Shown: piece after piece, positions 38,441 through 51,133 of the stretch
Layout: every line of letters starts with the position of its first letter
Numbering within the stretch: the stretch's first letter is position 1
Assembly (NCBI GenBank): GCA_965234725.1
Contig: CBDDUX010000003.1
Span: forward strand, 32,001 to 96,000
Source: Thermoplasmatota archaeon
Lineage (GTDB): Archaea; Thermoplasmatota; Penumbrarchaeia; Penumbrarchaeales; Penumbrarchaeaceae
Direction: 5' to 3'
DNA: 64,000 bases
The notes under the pieces: model-generated
What the model saw: the letters and a program-made list of their open reading frames with translations, nothing else
Told to the model about the DNA's origin: nothing
Databases searched by the model: none
Translations under genes and position numbers: made by a program

Positions 38441-38681
38441 ATAAGATTTGGGAAAGATATGTTATTACTTCCCACGAAGTGTTACCGAAAAGGCTTACAA
38501 GTCATTTTTAATGTACCTCGCCCTATGTCACAAAGGATTACAATAACTTACCATCATCTTATAAATGCTGAACAAATTTCGTAATACTGAGCAAGATTAT
38601 TAGTAATCATTTCCAGCAATACATTTTCACTGCCAATAATTTATATCATAACAGATTGTTCAGGAATCCGGTGGTCATTTC

Positions 38682-39965
38682 ATGGCACGACGGGGTATAA
38701 GGGAATACGATGCAAAGAGAGTATTTTACAGAATGATGCCTAAGTATACCGGTGAGAAGGTGACCTTCGATATCATGCCCATATTGGTGGGTCCGGATAC
38801 TGATTTAGATATGCTTGTGGATGACAATCCCTGGCTTGAGAACATCAGATTGGTTGTGAAACCCGATCAGCTTTTCGGAAAGAGGGGGAAATCCGGTCTG
38901 GTCCTCTTGAACTGTTCTTTCGATGAAGCAAAGAACTTCATCAAGCAGAAAATGGGTAAGAATGCCACTGTTGGAAAGGTAAAGGGTAGACTTGAATATT
39001 TTCTAGTGGAACCATTCCTTCCTCATGACCTTGAGTATTATATTGCAATGAAGATGGATGCTGATGGGGACCATATCTATTTTTCAACTCAGGGAGGAGT
39101 GGATATTGAATCTGTCTGGGAGACAGTAAAGGAGGTCACCATCGGACCCCTGGATGATCCAGAACTTGAAACTAAGGATCTTCTCAAGGATAATTCAGCC
39201 CAGGAAAAGAAATTACTTACTCCTTTTCTCAAGGGTATGTACAAATTCTTTGTTAACCATGATCTTGTCTATCTCGAGATAAATCCATTCACCATCGTTG
39301 ATAACAAGATCAAAGTTCTCGACATGGTTGCCAAGGTGGATGACACTTCCATGTGGCAGGATATTGGTACATGGGATTTCAAAGAGTTCCCGGAACCCTT
39401 CGGCAAGGACCCCACCCCTGAAGAAGCATACATCAAATCACTGGATGAGAAGACAGGAGCTTCCCTTAAATTGACGATCCTCAATCCGGAAGGCCGAGTA
39501 TGGACAATGGTAGCAGGTGGGGGAGCATCTGTTGTATATGCGGATACCATAGTGGATATGGGTTTTGGAAAAGAACTTTCCAATTATGGTGAATATTCAG
39601 GTAATCCATCCACCGAGGAGACATACCTTTATGCTAAAACGGTCCTCTCAATGATGACAAAAGAGCCCCATAAGACCGGAAAAGGCAAGATACTGATAAT
39701 CGGAGGAGGTATCGCAAATTTTACTGATGTCGCTAAGACATTCACGGGTATCATTCAAGCACTCCGTGAATATGCTGACCAGATGAAGGAGGTTGGGGTC
39801 AGGATCTATGTTCGAAGAGGCGGTCCCAATTACAAAGCCGGTCTGGAGAATATGAGAGAGGTTGGCTCAGAGATTGGTATACCCATCAAAGTGTTCGGTC
39901 CGGAAGTTCATATGACCTCAATTATTCCAATGGCTTTAAAAGATGAAGGAAAGGGGGTGAACTGA
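38682..39965 (+). CDS. aclB: ATP citrate lyase, small (beta; ATP-grasp/citrate-binding) subunit
   Basis: IREYDAK, VVKPDQLFGKRGKSGL, MVAGGGASVVYADT, NYGEYSG.P, IGGGIANFT, RRGGPNY. Confidence 0.93.
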   Translation: MARRGIREYDAKRVFYRMMPKYTGEKVTFDIMPILVGPDTDLDMLVDDNPWLENIRLVVKPDQLFGKRGKSGLVLLNCSFDEAKNFIKQKMGKNATVGKVKGRLEYFLVEPFLPHDLEYYIAMKMDADGDHIYFSTQGGVDIESVWETVKEVTIGPLDDPELETKDLLKDNSAQEKKLLTPFLKGMYKFFVNHDLVYLEINPFTIVDNKIKVLDMVAKVDDTSMWQDIGTWDFKEFPEPFGKDPTPEEAYIKSLDEKTGASLKLTILNPEGRVWTMVAGGGASVVYADTIVDMGFGKELSNYGEYSGNPSTEETYLYAKTVLSMMTKEPHKTGKGKILIIGGGIANFTDVAKTFTGIIQALREYADQMKEVGVRIYVRRGGPNYKAGLENMREVGSEIGIPIKVFGPEVHMTSIIPMALKDEGKGVN

Positions 39966-41803
39966 TGGAACCATACCTTCTTTTTTCAAGGGATTCAAAA
40001 GCAATAGTATACAATATGCAGACAAAGGCTGTTCAGAGAATGCTGGATTTCGATTACCTTTCAGGTAGGGAGAAACCTTCCGTAGCTGCTATAGTCAATC
40101 CGGGTAACTCCGGTACACATAAAGCTCACTGGGGAACCGGTGAGATACTAATACCCATTATGCCATCGATAAAGGCGGCTACCGATGTCAACAAGGAAAT
40201 CGATGTTGTGGTAAACTTCGCTTCGTTCAGGTCGGCCTACCAGAGCACAAAGGAAGCTTTGATGAACGAGCAGATCAGGGTAGTAGCCGTCATTGCAGAA
40301 GGTATCCCGGAGAGGAAGGCAAGGGAGCTTGCTTATCTGTCGAAGAAGCTTGATAAGGTAATAATTGGCCCTGCGACGGTTGGAGCGATCGGAGCCGGAG
40401 TCTTCAAGGTTGGTAATACTGGTGGAACACTTGAGAACATCAAAGAGCAGAAACTCTACAGAAGAGGTTCTGTGGGACTGGTGACAAAATCCGGAGGCCT
40501 TCTCAACGAGATGTTCAACATTGTTTCGCATAATACAGATGGGATATTCGAGGGAGTTGCCATCGGTGGTGATAAATATCCGGGTTCAAGTCTTATCGAT
40601 CATCTGTTAAGGTACGAAGCAAATCCAAAGATCAAGATGATGGTGGCTCTAGGAGAACTGGGTGGTGATGAAGAATACAAGGTCGTCGAAGCTGTTAAGA
40701 AGGGACTTCTCACCAAACCCATAGTATTCTGGGTGATGGGAACATGCTCCAAGATGTTCCCTTCGGGAGTTCAATTCGGACATGCCGGAGCGAAGGCCGG
40801 AGCGGAGACCGAGACAGCTGACGCAAAGAACAAGGCTCTGAAGAAGGCCAGAGTGATCGTTCCAAGTTCTTTTGATACCTTGGGTGATGAGATCGCAAGG
40901 ACCTTCATCAAACTCAAGGATGAGGGTAAGATAACACCCATCGAAGAACCGAAGCATATTCCATTGATTCCGGTGGATTATGCGGATGCCTTGAAGAAAG
41001 GAATGATCAGAAAACCCACATCCTTCATCACTACCGTTGCGGATGATCGGGGGGAGGAGGTCAATTACGGAGGATATCCAATATCCGAGATCGTCCATGA
41101 CGGTGGAACGGTTGGTGATGTCATAGGTCTCCTATGGTTCGGGAGAAAATTCCCAAAATGGGCTTCCAAGTTCATGGAGATGGCAATTATGGTAGTTGCT
41201 GACCATGGACCCGCCGTATCAGGAGCCCACAACGCCATCATAGCCTCCAGGGCCGGAAAAGACCTTGTCAGCTGTCTTGCTTCAGGTCTGCTTACTATAG
41301 GTCCCAGGTTCGGTGGAGCAATTGACGGTTGTGCCAATTTCATGAAGAATGCCTACTACAGTGATCTGGAACCAAGGGCTTTCGTCAAGGAAATGAAAGA
41401 TAAGAACATAAAGATACCAGGGATAGGTCACCGTGTCAAATCCCTGGAGAATCCGGATGGAAGGGTCACACTCCTGATCGAGTATGCCAGGAAGAATTTC
41501 CCTAAAACAGATATCCTGGATTATGCGATCGATGTCCAGGCTGTGACAACCCAGAAGAAATCCAATCTGATCCTCAACGTGGATGGTACCATTGGAGTTC
41601 TGATGGTGGATATGCTCACCAATGTGGGATTCTTCTCAAAGGAAGAGGTAGACCGGATCGTAGAGCTTGGATACCTCAACGGGATCTTTGTCCTTGGCAG
41701 GTCTATAGGTCTGATAGGACATGCACTGGACCAGAAGAGGCTCAATGAGAGATTGTACAGACATCCATGGGAGGACATCCTCTACATGGTTGAGAGGAAG
41801 TGA
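39965..41803 (+). CDS. aclA: ATP citrate lyase, large (alpha) subunit
   Basis: QRMLDFD, NFASFRSA, phospho-His motif QFGHAGA, ADHGPAVSGAHN, GIGHRVKS, LILNVDG. Confidence 0.94.
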   Translation: MEPYLLFSRDSKAIVYNMQTKAVQRMLDFDYLSGREKPSVAAIVNPGNSGTHKAHWGTGEILIPIMPSIKAATDVNKEIDVVVNFASFRSAYQSTKEALMNEQIRVVAVIAEGIPERKARELAYLSKKLDKVIIGPATVGAIGAGVFKVGNTGGTLENIKEQKLYRRGSVGLVTKSGGLLNEMFNIVSHNTDGIFEGVAIGGDKYPGSSLIDHLLRYEANPKIKMMVALGELGGDEEYKVVEAVKKGLLTKPIVFWVMGTCSKMFPSGVQFGHAGAKAGAETETADAKNKALKKARVIVPSSFDTLGDEIARTFIKLKDEGKITPIEEPKHIPLIPVDYADALKKGMIRKPTSFITTVADDRGEEVNYGGYPISEIVHDGGTVGDVIGLLWFGRKFPKWASKFMEMAIMVVADHGPAVSGAHNAIIASRAGKDLVSCLASGLLTIGPRFGGAIDGCANFMKNAYYSDLEPRAFVKEMKDKNIKIPGIGHRVKSLENPDGRVTLLIEYARKNFPKTDILDYAIDVQAVTTQKKSNLILNVDGTIGVLMVDMLTNVGFFSKEEVDRIVELGYLNGIFVLGRSIGLIGHALDQKRLNERLYRHPWEDILYMVERK

Positions 41804-41817
41804 GTATCTGAAAATGA

Positions 41818-41855
41818 GGGGGTAGGCCATAAGATCCTACCCCCAATTATTTTTT
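41818..41855 (+). terminator. Hairpin + U-rich tract downstream of aclA
   Basis: GGGGGTAGG (41818-26) / CCTACCCCC (41836-44) followed by AATTATTTTTT. Confidence 0.65.
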
Positions 41856-41961
41856 GGTATATTCTAGAATTTTTACACATCAAGCTTCAATTAATGTATT
41901 ATTGAATATTGGGATCAGTATGGATTTTTCGATTTTTGAAATTCCAGGAAATAACTCATTC

Positions 41962-41995
41962 AAAATAGAAAAGAGGGCCTCAATTGAGACCCCCT
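41962..41995 (-). terminator. Hairpin + U-rich tract downstream of icd
   Basis: Minus strand AGGGGGTCTC-AATT-GAGGCCCTCT followed by TTTCTATTTT. Confidence 0.6.
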
Positions 41996-42014
41996 ATAAT
42001 ACAGATCTCGAAGA

Positions 42015-45931
<3,917 letters not shown>

Positions 45932-45932
45932 A

Positions 45933-46832
45933 TCATTCCACCTCTTCTGGGGATGGTATATCAAGTTCTGCAGCCTCGGCCATTGCAAGTATCTTCTCTG
46001 CCTTCAGAACAATAGGCCGATCCACCATTTTCTTTCCAAGCGCAATGACCCCCCATCCTTTTTCTTTGGCGATCTGGATGGCCTTTTTCACTCTGACGGC
46101 ATAGATGATCTCTTCCTTCGTTGGGTTAAAGACATCATGGATGATCTCGATCTGAGATGGATGGATACATGCCTTGCCATCGAATCCCATCTTCCTGATC
46201 ATATCTGTTTCACTTCTGAGACCATCAGAATCGCTGAAATCGGAATATACCGTATCTATTGCCTGGATCCCTGCGGCTTTGGCTGCCAGGACGATCAACT
46301 GCCTTGAGGTATGTATGGCAATACCATCGGATGATCTGATGCCACCTAGGTCAGCTGTTAGGTCTTCTCCGCCAATGGTTATTCCTTCCAGCCTTTTAGA
46401 GCAGAATGCGATCTCCTTTGAGTTGAGAATGCCCTTTGCAGTCTCCATGGTTGCAAAAAGCTTGATCCTTCCGATCGGAAGTCCCTTCTTCTCTTCCATT
46501 TCAGTTACAAGTTCATCGACTTGGATAACATCCTCTGGAGTTTCTGTTTTTGGGATATATATACCATCCAATCTGGGACAGACTATCTGCCTGATATCCC
46601 ATTTTCCCCAGGGTGTGCTGATAGGATTTATCCTTACGGTCACTTCCACATTTGGACCGAAATCCACTACCTTCAAAGCTTCAGATACGAGCATCCTCGC
46701 ATCTACTTTAAAATCGGGATGAACGGCATCTTCAAGATCGAGTGAGATAACATCGGCACCGTAAAGACCGGCGGGAGGTATCATTTTGGGATTATTACCA
46801 GGGACATAGAGTCTGGACCTTCTTAGCTTCAT
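45933..46832 (-). CDS. citE: Citrate lyase beta chain (citryl-CoA lyase)
   Basis: LRRS.LYVPGNNP, DLEDAV, VRIN, ETAKG, GFDGK..IHPSQI, MVD.P. Confidence 0.93.
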   Translation of the reverse strand: MKLRRSRLYVPGNNPKMIPPAGLYGADVISLDLEDAVHPDFKVDARMLVSEALKVVDFGPNVEVTVRINPISTPWGKWDIRQIVCPRLDGIYIPKTETPEDVIQVDELVTEMEEKKGLPIGRIKLFATMETAKGILNSKEIAFCSKRLEGITIGGEDLTADLGGIRSSDGIAIHTSRQLIVLAAKAAGIQAIDTVYSDFSDSDGLRSETDMIRKMGFDGKACIHPSQIEIIHDVFNPTKEEIIYAVRVKKAIQIAKEKGWGVIALGKKMVDRPIVLKAEKILAMAEAAELDIPSPEEVE

Positions 46833-47116
46833 TCGAATGCACCACCCTTGATAGCAGCGGCCTTTATGCGGGCCACTATGGTGAAATTCAATGGGCTGTT
46901 TCCTTTTGACCAGACAAGAGCGTCTTCTATGCCCATGCCTATAAGGGTTTCATGAAAGAGCTTGAATACCTCATCTCTGAACACATCTCTGGATTTCCCC
47001 TCTATCTCGATCTTTATACCTGTTCCAGGTTCCGCAGGGCTGAGTTTTACTATGCAATCCTCTCTCTCTTCGGTCCCTGCGATCCCTTCCCTTTTCAACT
47101 TATACGTCAATGTCAT
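46829..47116 (-). CDS. citD: Citrate lyase gamma chain (ACP-like), lacking the canonical serine
   Basis: 95 aa immediately upstream of citE; IAGTEEREDC aligns with canonical AGTLES(S/G)D; C-terminal TI.ARI.AA. Confidence 0.8.
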   Translation of the reverse strand: MTLTYKLKREGIAGTEEREDCIVKLSPAEPGTGIKIEIEGKSRDVFRDEVFKLFHETLIGMGIEDALVWSKGNSPLNFTIVARIKAAAIKGGAFE

Positions 47117-47143
47117 TTTATCGCCTTTTCTTATTTATCATGA

Positions 47144-49066
47144 TCAGGATATTTGGTTCCTGGTATAGTTCAGAGTGCCTCCCTCTCTAATGACCTCAAT
47201 TTCCCTATCAGAAAGGTCATGGACAAGTGAGATCTTGAGGTTCTTGTTCTTAACTTCCAGGATAAGTTCTCCGGAAAGATCCGATAATCCTATTTGCAGA
47301 AGATCTCCCTGTTCAAGCAGATCGTAGTCCGATTGGTCCTTGAAGGTAAGGGGGAGAATTCCAAAGTTTACCAGGTTAGCCCTATGTATCCTGGCGAAGG
47401 ATTTCACGATAACAGCTTTAATTCCAAGATATTTTGGAGCAAGGGCAGCATGTTCCCTTGAGGAACCCTGACCGTAATTATCCCCTCCGATGATGAATCC
47501 GCCTCCCTTTTCAAGTGCCCTTTTTGGGAAGGTCTCATCGACCTGAGAGAAAACGTATTCAGATATTGCAGGAATGTTCGATCGAAGAGGTAGGATCTTC
47601 GCTCCTGCAGGCATGATATGATCGGTTGTAATATTGTCCTCTACTTTGATAAGAACCTCACCCTCCGCGGAAACCGGTAGTTCATGGAAATCAGGGAGAG
47701 GTTTGATGTTTGGCCCTCTGATTATTTCTACCTTACTAGCTTCATCAGCCGGGAGAGGATGTATGAAAAGGTTGTTATCCACGAGATAGGATTCAGGTTC
47801 CTGGACTTTGGTGAACTTTCCCAGTTTCCTTGGATCGGTTATTTTACCGAAAAGAGCTGTTGCAGCTGCAACCTCAGGGGAGACCAGATAGACATCTGCG
47901 TCCTTTGTCCCCGACCTTCCAGGGAAGTTCCTGTTGAAGGTCCTGACAGATACTGCACCGGATTTTGGTGCAAGTCCCATTCCGATACAGGGACCGCAGC
48001 CAGACTCAAGTATCCTGAATCCTGCCTCAACAAGGTCTCCGTATGCACCAGTTCTTACCATTTCCCTGATGATCGTCCTCGAACCGGGTGATATGGTCCC
48101 TGAGATGTCCTCATGGATCCTTCGTCCTTTTACAGCATTAGCTACGGTCATCAGGTCCCTGAAAGAAGAGTTAGTACAAGACCCGATACAAACTTGGTCG
48201 ACCTTCATTCCCTCTAACTCTGATATCTCTACCACTGATCCTGGGGAATGGGGTTTTGCTGCCATGGGGACAATTGAGGATAGATCGATCTCCATTATTT
48301 CATCATAGACAGCATCCGGATCCGCCTTGATCTCAACCCATTGTTCTCCCCTTCCCATAGCCTCCATGAACTTCTTTGTAACATTGTCTGAAGGGAATAT
48401 CGAGGTTGTAGCACCGGTCTCCGTGCCCATGTTGGTCACTGTGGCTCTGTCAGGTACGGAGAGGGTAGAAACCCCCGGACCGAAGTACTCAAGGATATAT
48501 CCTCTTCCACCCTTGACATCCAATCTTTTCAGTACTTCCAGAATAATGTCCTTACCAGATACCCAATCCGGAAGCTCTCCTGTTAGTTTTATCCCCAAGA
48601 TCTTGGGGTACTTCAATTGGAATGCTCCACCAGCCATTGCAACCGCAATATCCAGACCTCCAGCCCCGATAGATATCTGACCGATACCTCCGGCGGTGGT
48701 TGTATGGGAATCCGATCCGATCAATGTCTTTCCTGGTTTTGAGAACCTTTCAAGGAAGACCTGATGGCATATACCATTCCCAGCCTTTGAGAGGACAATG
48801 CCATATCTCTTTGCAATGGATTGAAGATATCTGTGGTCATCGGCATTCTTGAAATCGGATTGAAGCATGTTGTGATCGATGAAGGAAACGGAAAGTTCCG
48901 TCTTGACCCTGTCGAGGTTCATGGCCTCGAATTGCAGGTACGCCATTGTCCCAGTAGCATCCTGGGTCAAGGTATGGTCCATTCGTATCGCGATCTCTTC
49001 TCCAACTTTTTCAGTTCCTTCCACTAAATGCTCTTTAAGGATCTTCTGAGCCAAGGTAAGTCCCAT
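47144..49066 (-). CDS. acn: Aconitate hydratase (short, ~640 aa type)
   Basis: TLTQDATGT, GSDSHT, [4Fe-4S] ligands IGSCTN and GCGPCIG, FNRNF.GR, ITTDHI.PAG, NYGQGSSREHA. Confidence 0.92.
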   Translation of the reverse strand: MGLTLAQKILKEHLVEGTEKVGEEIAIRMDHTLTQDATGTMAYLQFEAMNLDRVKTELSVSFIDHNMLQSDFKNADDHRYLQSIAKRYGIVLSKAGNGICHQVFLERFSKPGKTLIGSDSHTTTAGGIGQISIGAGGLDIAVAMAGGAFQLKYPKILGIKLTGELPDWVSGKDIILEVLKRLDVKGGRGYILEYFGPGVSTLSVPDRATVTNMGTETGATTSIFPSDNVTKKFMEAMGRGEQWVEIKADPDAVYDEIMEIDLSSIVPMAAKPHSPGSVVEISELEGMKVDQVCIGSCTNSSFRDLMTVANAVKGRRIHEDISGTISPGSRTIIREMVRTGAYGDLVEAGFRILESGCGPCIGMGLAPKSGAVSVRTFNRNFPGRSGTKDADVYLVSPEVAAATALFGKITDPRKLGKFTKVQEPESYLVDNNLFIHPLPADEASKVEIIRGPNIKPLPDFHELPVSAEGEVLIKVEDNITTDHIMPAGAKILPLRSNIPAISEYVFSQVDETFPKRALEKGGGFIIGGDNYGQGSSREHAALAPKYLGIKAVIVKSFARIHRANLVNFGILPLTFKDQSDYDLLEQGDLLQIGLSDLSGELILEVKNKNLKISLVHDLSDREIEVIREGGTLNYTRNQIS

Positions 49067-49235
49067 TTGAAGCCTCCACTGATTGAAACCCCTCTGAGGG
49101 TTGAAGGTTAATTCGAAAAGCCCTATTTATATATTACTGAAATTTGATATTCTGTTTTCCTTTGCGAAATAATGGAAAGAAAAATTTGTAAAGAAGCTCA
49201 ACAATTCATCATATTTAAATAATAGATTACCAATC

Positions 49236-50369
49236 ATGGAAAAAGTGTCAATGATGAAGGGATTATCAACCACAGAGAAGCTTGTCTTCATGGGTCTGAT
49301 CACCTATCCGGACAATAAGGATACAGAGATAGCAGAGATGCTTTCACTTCCAAATTCCACCTTCGCATCGGTAAAATCAAGGATAATGGAGGAAGGTTTT
49401 CTTTACGAGAGATATATTCCCATATTTCCGAACCTTGGATTCGAACTTCTTGCTGCAGTTTACAGTGATTTTAACCCATCTGTATCAGTTGATGAAAGGA
49501 TAGCAAATACCCGAAGGACCGTTGAGATATATCCGGAGATGATACTCTCAATGGGAGAATCCCATAGAGGTTTCTCACTTTCAGTAGCAGAGAATATAAC
49601 CCGGATAATGAGGATATCCCACCAGAGGATGAAGATCCTTGCCGATCTGAACCTTCTGGAGATCGAGTTACCAAGAGAAGTGATATTCCCATTCGAGATG
49701 TCCACAATTCACCGTTTCTTCAACCTGGCCCCCCTCCTGTATGCAAAGCTTTCTGGCGAAAGAGACCTGGTAATGAAGGATATCTCGGGTCTTGAGAGGG
49801 ACATATACAAGAAGGACCCCATCCTTCAGGTAAAGTACCCCAATAGCAAGAAGAGACCGGTGGATGTGAACTTATCTCGGAAGCAGTTGGAGATATTGTA
49901 CTACCTGATAAAACACCCGGAACTATCGGCCTCTCGGCTTTCCACCATCATTCCTTATTCCAGGCATACGATCTCTCGTGCAAGGGAGATGTTAATTGAG
50001 GAAGGATATTTGGCCTGCACTCGTATACCTGATCTTTCCAAATTGGGTTATTCGATGCTTTCACTATTCCATGTGAAGATGGATCCAAAAAACCCCATTG
50101 ATCCTCAGGTATGTAAGAGGAAGGAACTCCTCCAGGATGATACCGTATTCTTTGTATCGAGACCCACAGAGCTGATGATGCTGGCTGTTTACGAGAATTA
50201 CCCACATTATAATAGAGGGATGTCCATATTCAGCCAATATTTGAAAGTCGAGGGATACATGTCAACGATCCCCACGATAAGGAATCATTCTCTTTCCGAG
50301 GCAGTCTGGATCAAGAAGTTCATTCAACATCCGATAATAAAGGATGCTTTCCACCTTGATATTGATTGA
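49236..50369 (+). CDS. Transcriptional regulator with two tandem wHTH + Lrp/AsnC-like modules
   Basis: Two similar units (YPDNKDTEIA...EEGFL...IPIFPNLGFELL and HPELSASRLS...EEGYL...IPDLSKLGYSML); divergent from the acn-cit-icd operon. Confidence 0.7.
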   Translation: MEKVSMMKGLSTTEKLVFMGLITYPDNKDTEIAEMLSLPNSTFASVKSRIMEEGFLYERYIPIFPNLGFELLAAVYSDFNPSVSVDERIANTRRTVEIYPEMILSMGESHRGFSLSVAENITRIMRISHQRMKILADLNLLEIELPREVIFPFEMSTIHRFFNLAPLLYAKLSGERDLVMKDISGLERDIYKKDPILQVKYPNSKKRPVDVNLSRKQLEILYYLIKHPELSASRLSTIIPYSRHTISRAREMLIEEGYLACTRIPDLSKLGYSMLSLFHVKMDPKNPIDPQVCKRKELLQDDTVFFVSRPTELMMLAVYENYPHYNRGMSIFSQYLKVEGYMSTIPTIRNHSLSEAVWIKKFIQHPIIKDAFHLDID

Positions 50370-50394
50370 ACCGGGAAAGGATTATAAGTTATTA

Positions 50395-51099
50395 ATGGAC
50401 AATATAGTGACCATGGAGGAGGTAGTCGGTCTATTCTTGAAGCTTGCCTTAACCCTTCTTCTTTCAGGGATCCTGGGTATTGAGAGGGAGGTTACCGGAC
50501 ATAAAGCAGGGATGAGGACCTTGATCCTTGTTGGTATAGGTGCCGCTTCACTTGTAATGCTCGTTGATCGATTGGATATTCCAAAAGCAGAACTAGGCAG
50601 GATAATAGCAGGTGTTGCGACCGGTATAGGGTTTCTTGGTGCTGGTGCAATTATAAAAGAAGGGATAAATGTAAAGGGACTCACCACCGCAGCCACCATA
50701 TGGGTGACCTCTTCCATCGGGGTGGCAGTAGGTTCAGGTGCTTACTATATTGGGTTCATTACCTTTGCATTCACATTGATAGTCCTTACGATATTCGGGG
50801 TCATAGAAAGGAAGTTCAGGCTCAAACCCAAGGATGGGATCTTGAAGATATCGCTCGAGAAGAACGCTCCGATACCAAGGAAATATCTAAAACAGCTTCA
50901 GGAGAGCGGCGCCAGATTCCCAAGGATCAGTATCGATTCAATAAATAATAAAAAAATTGTGACGATCGATATGGAACTTTCAAGGAAGATGCAGATCCTT
51001 GATCTTATTGATAAGGTAGAAGAGTTCGATGGTGTAAAGAAGGTCGAATGGGAGGACCTTGAAATGAAAGGAACTTCCAATATTCTGAATTCAATATGA
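50395..51099 (+). CDS. MgtC/SapB family membrane protein
   Basis: GIERE..GHKAGMRT..LV, RIIAGVATGIGFLGAG.I, GLTTAATIW. Confidence 0.9.
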   Translation: MDNIVTMEEVVGLFLKLALTLLLSGILGIEREVTGHKAGMRTLILVGIGAASLVMLVDRLDIPKAELGRIIAGVATGIGFLGAGAIIKEGINVKGLTTAATIWVTSSIGVAVGSGAYYIGFITFAFTLIVLTIFGVIERKFRLKPKDGILKISLEKNAPIPRKYLKQLQESGARFPRISIDSINNKKIVTIDMELSRKMQILDLIDKVEEFDGVKKVEWEDLEMKGTSNILNSI

Positions 51100-51133
51100 A
51101 ACCGGATCATGACCCGTTCATTTTTATGGTCTT

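Noticed and set aside
38682-41803. Succinyl-CoA synthetase, or proof of autotrophic rTCA
   Set aside because: The citrate-binding GGGIANFT motif and citryl-CoA lyase C-terminal domain identify ACL; the other rTCA enzymes are not in the window, so autotrophy cannot be claimed
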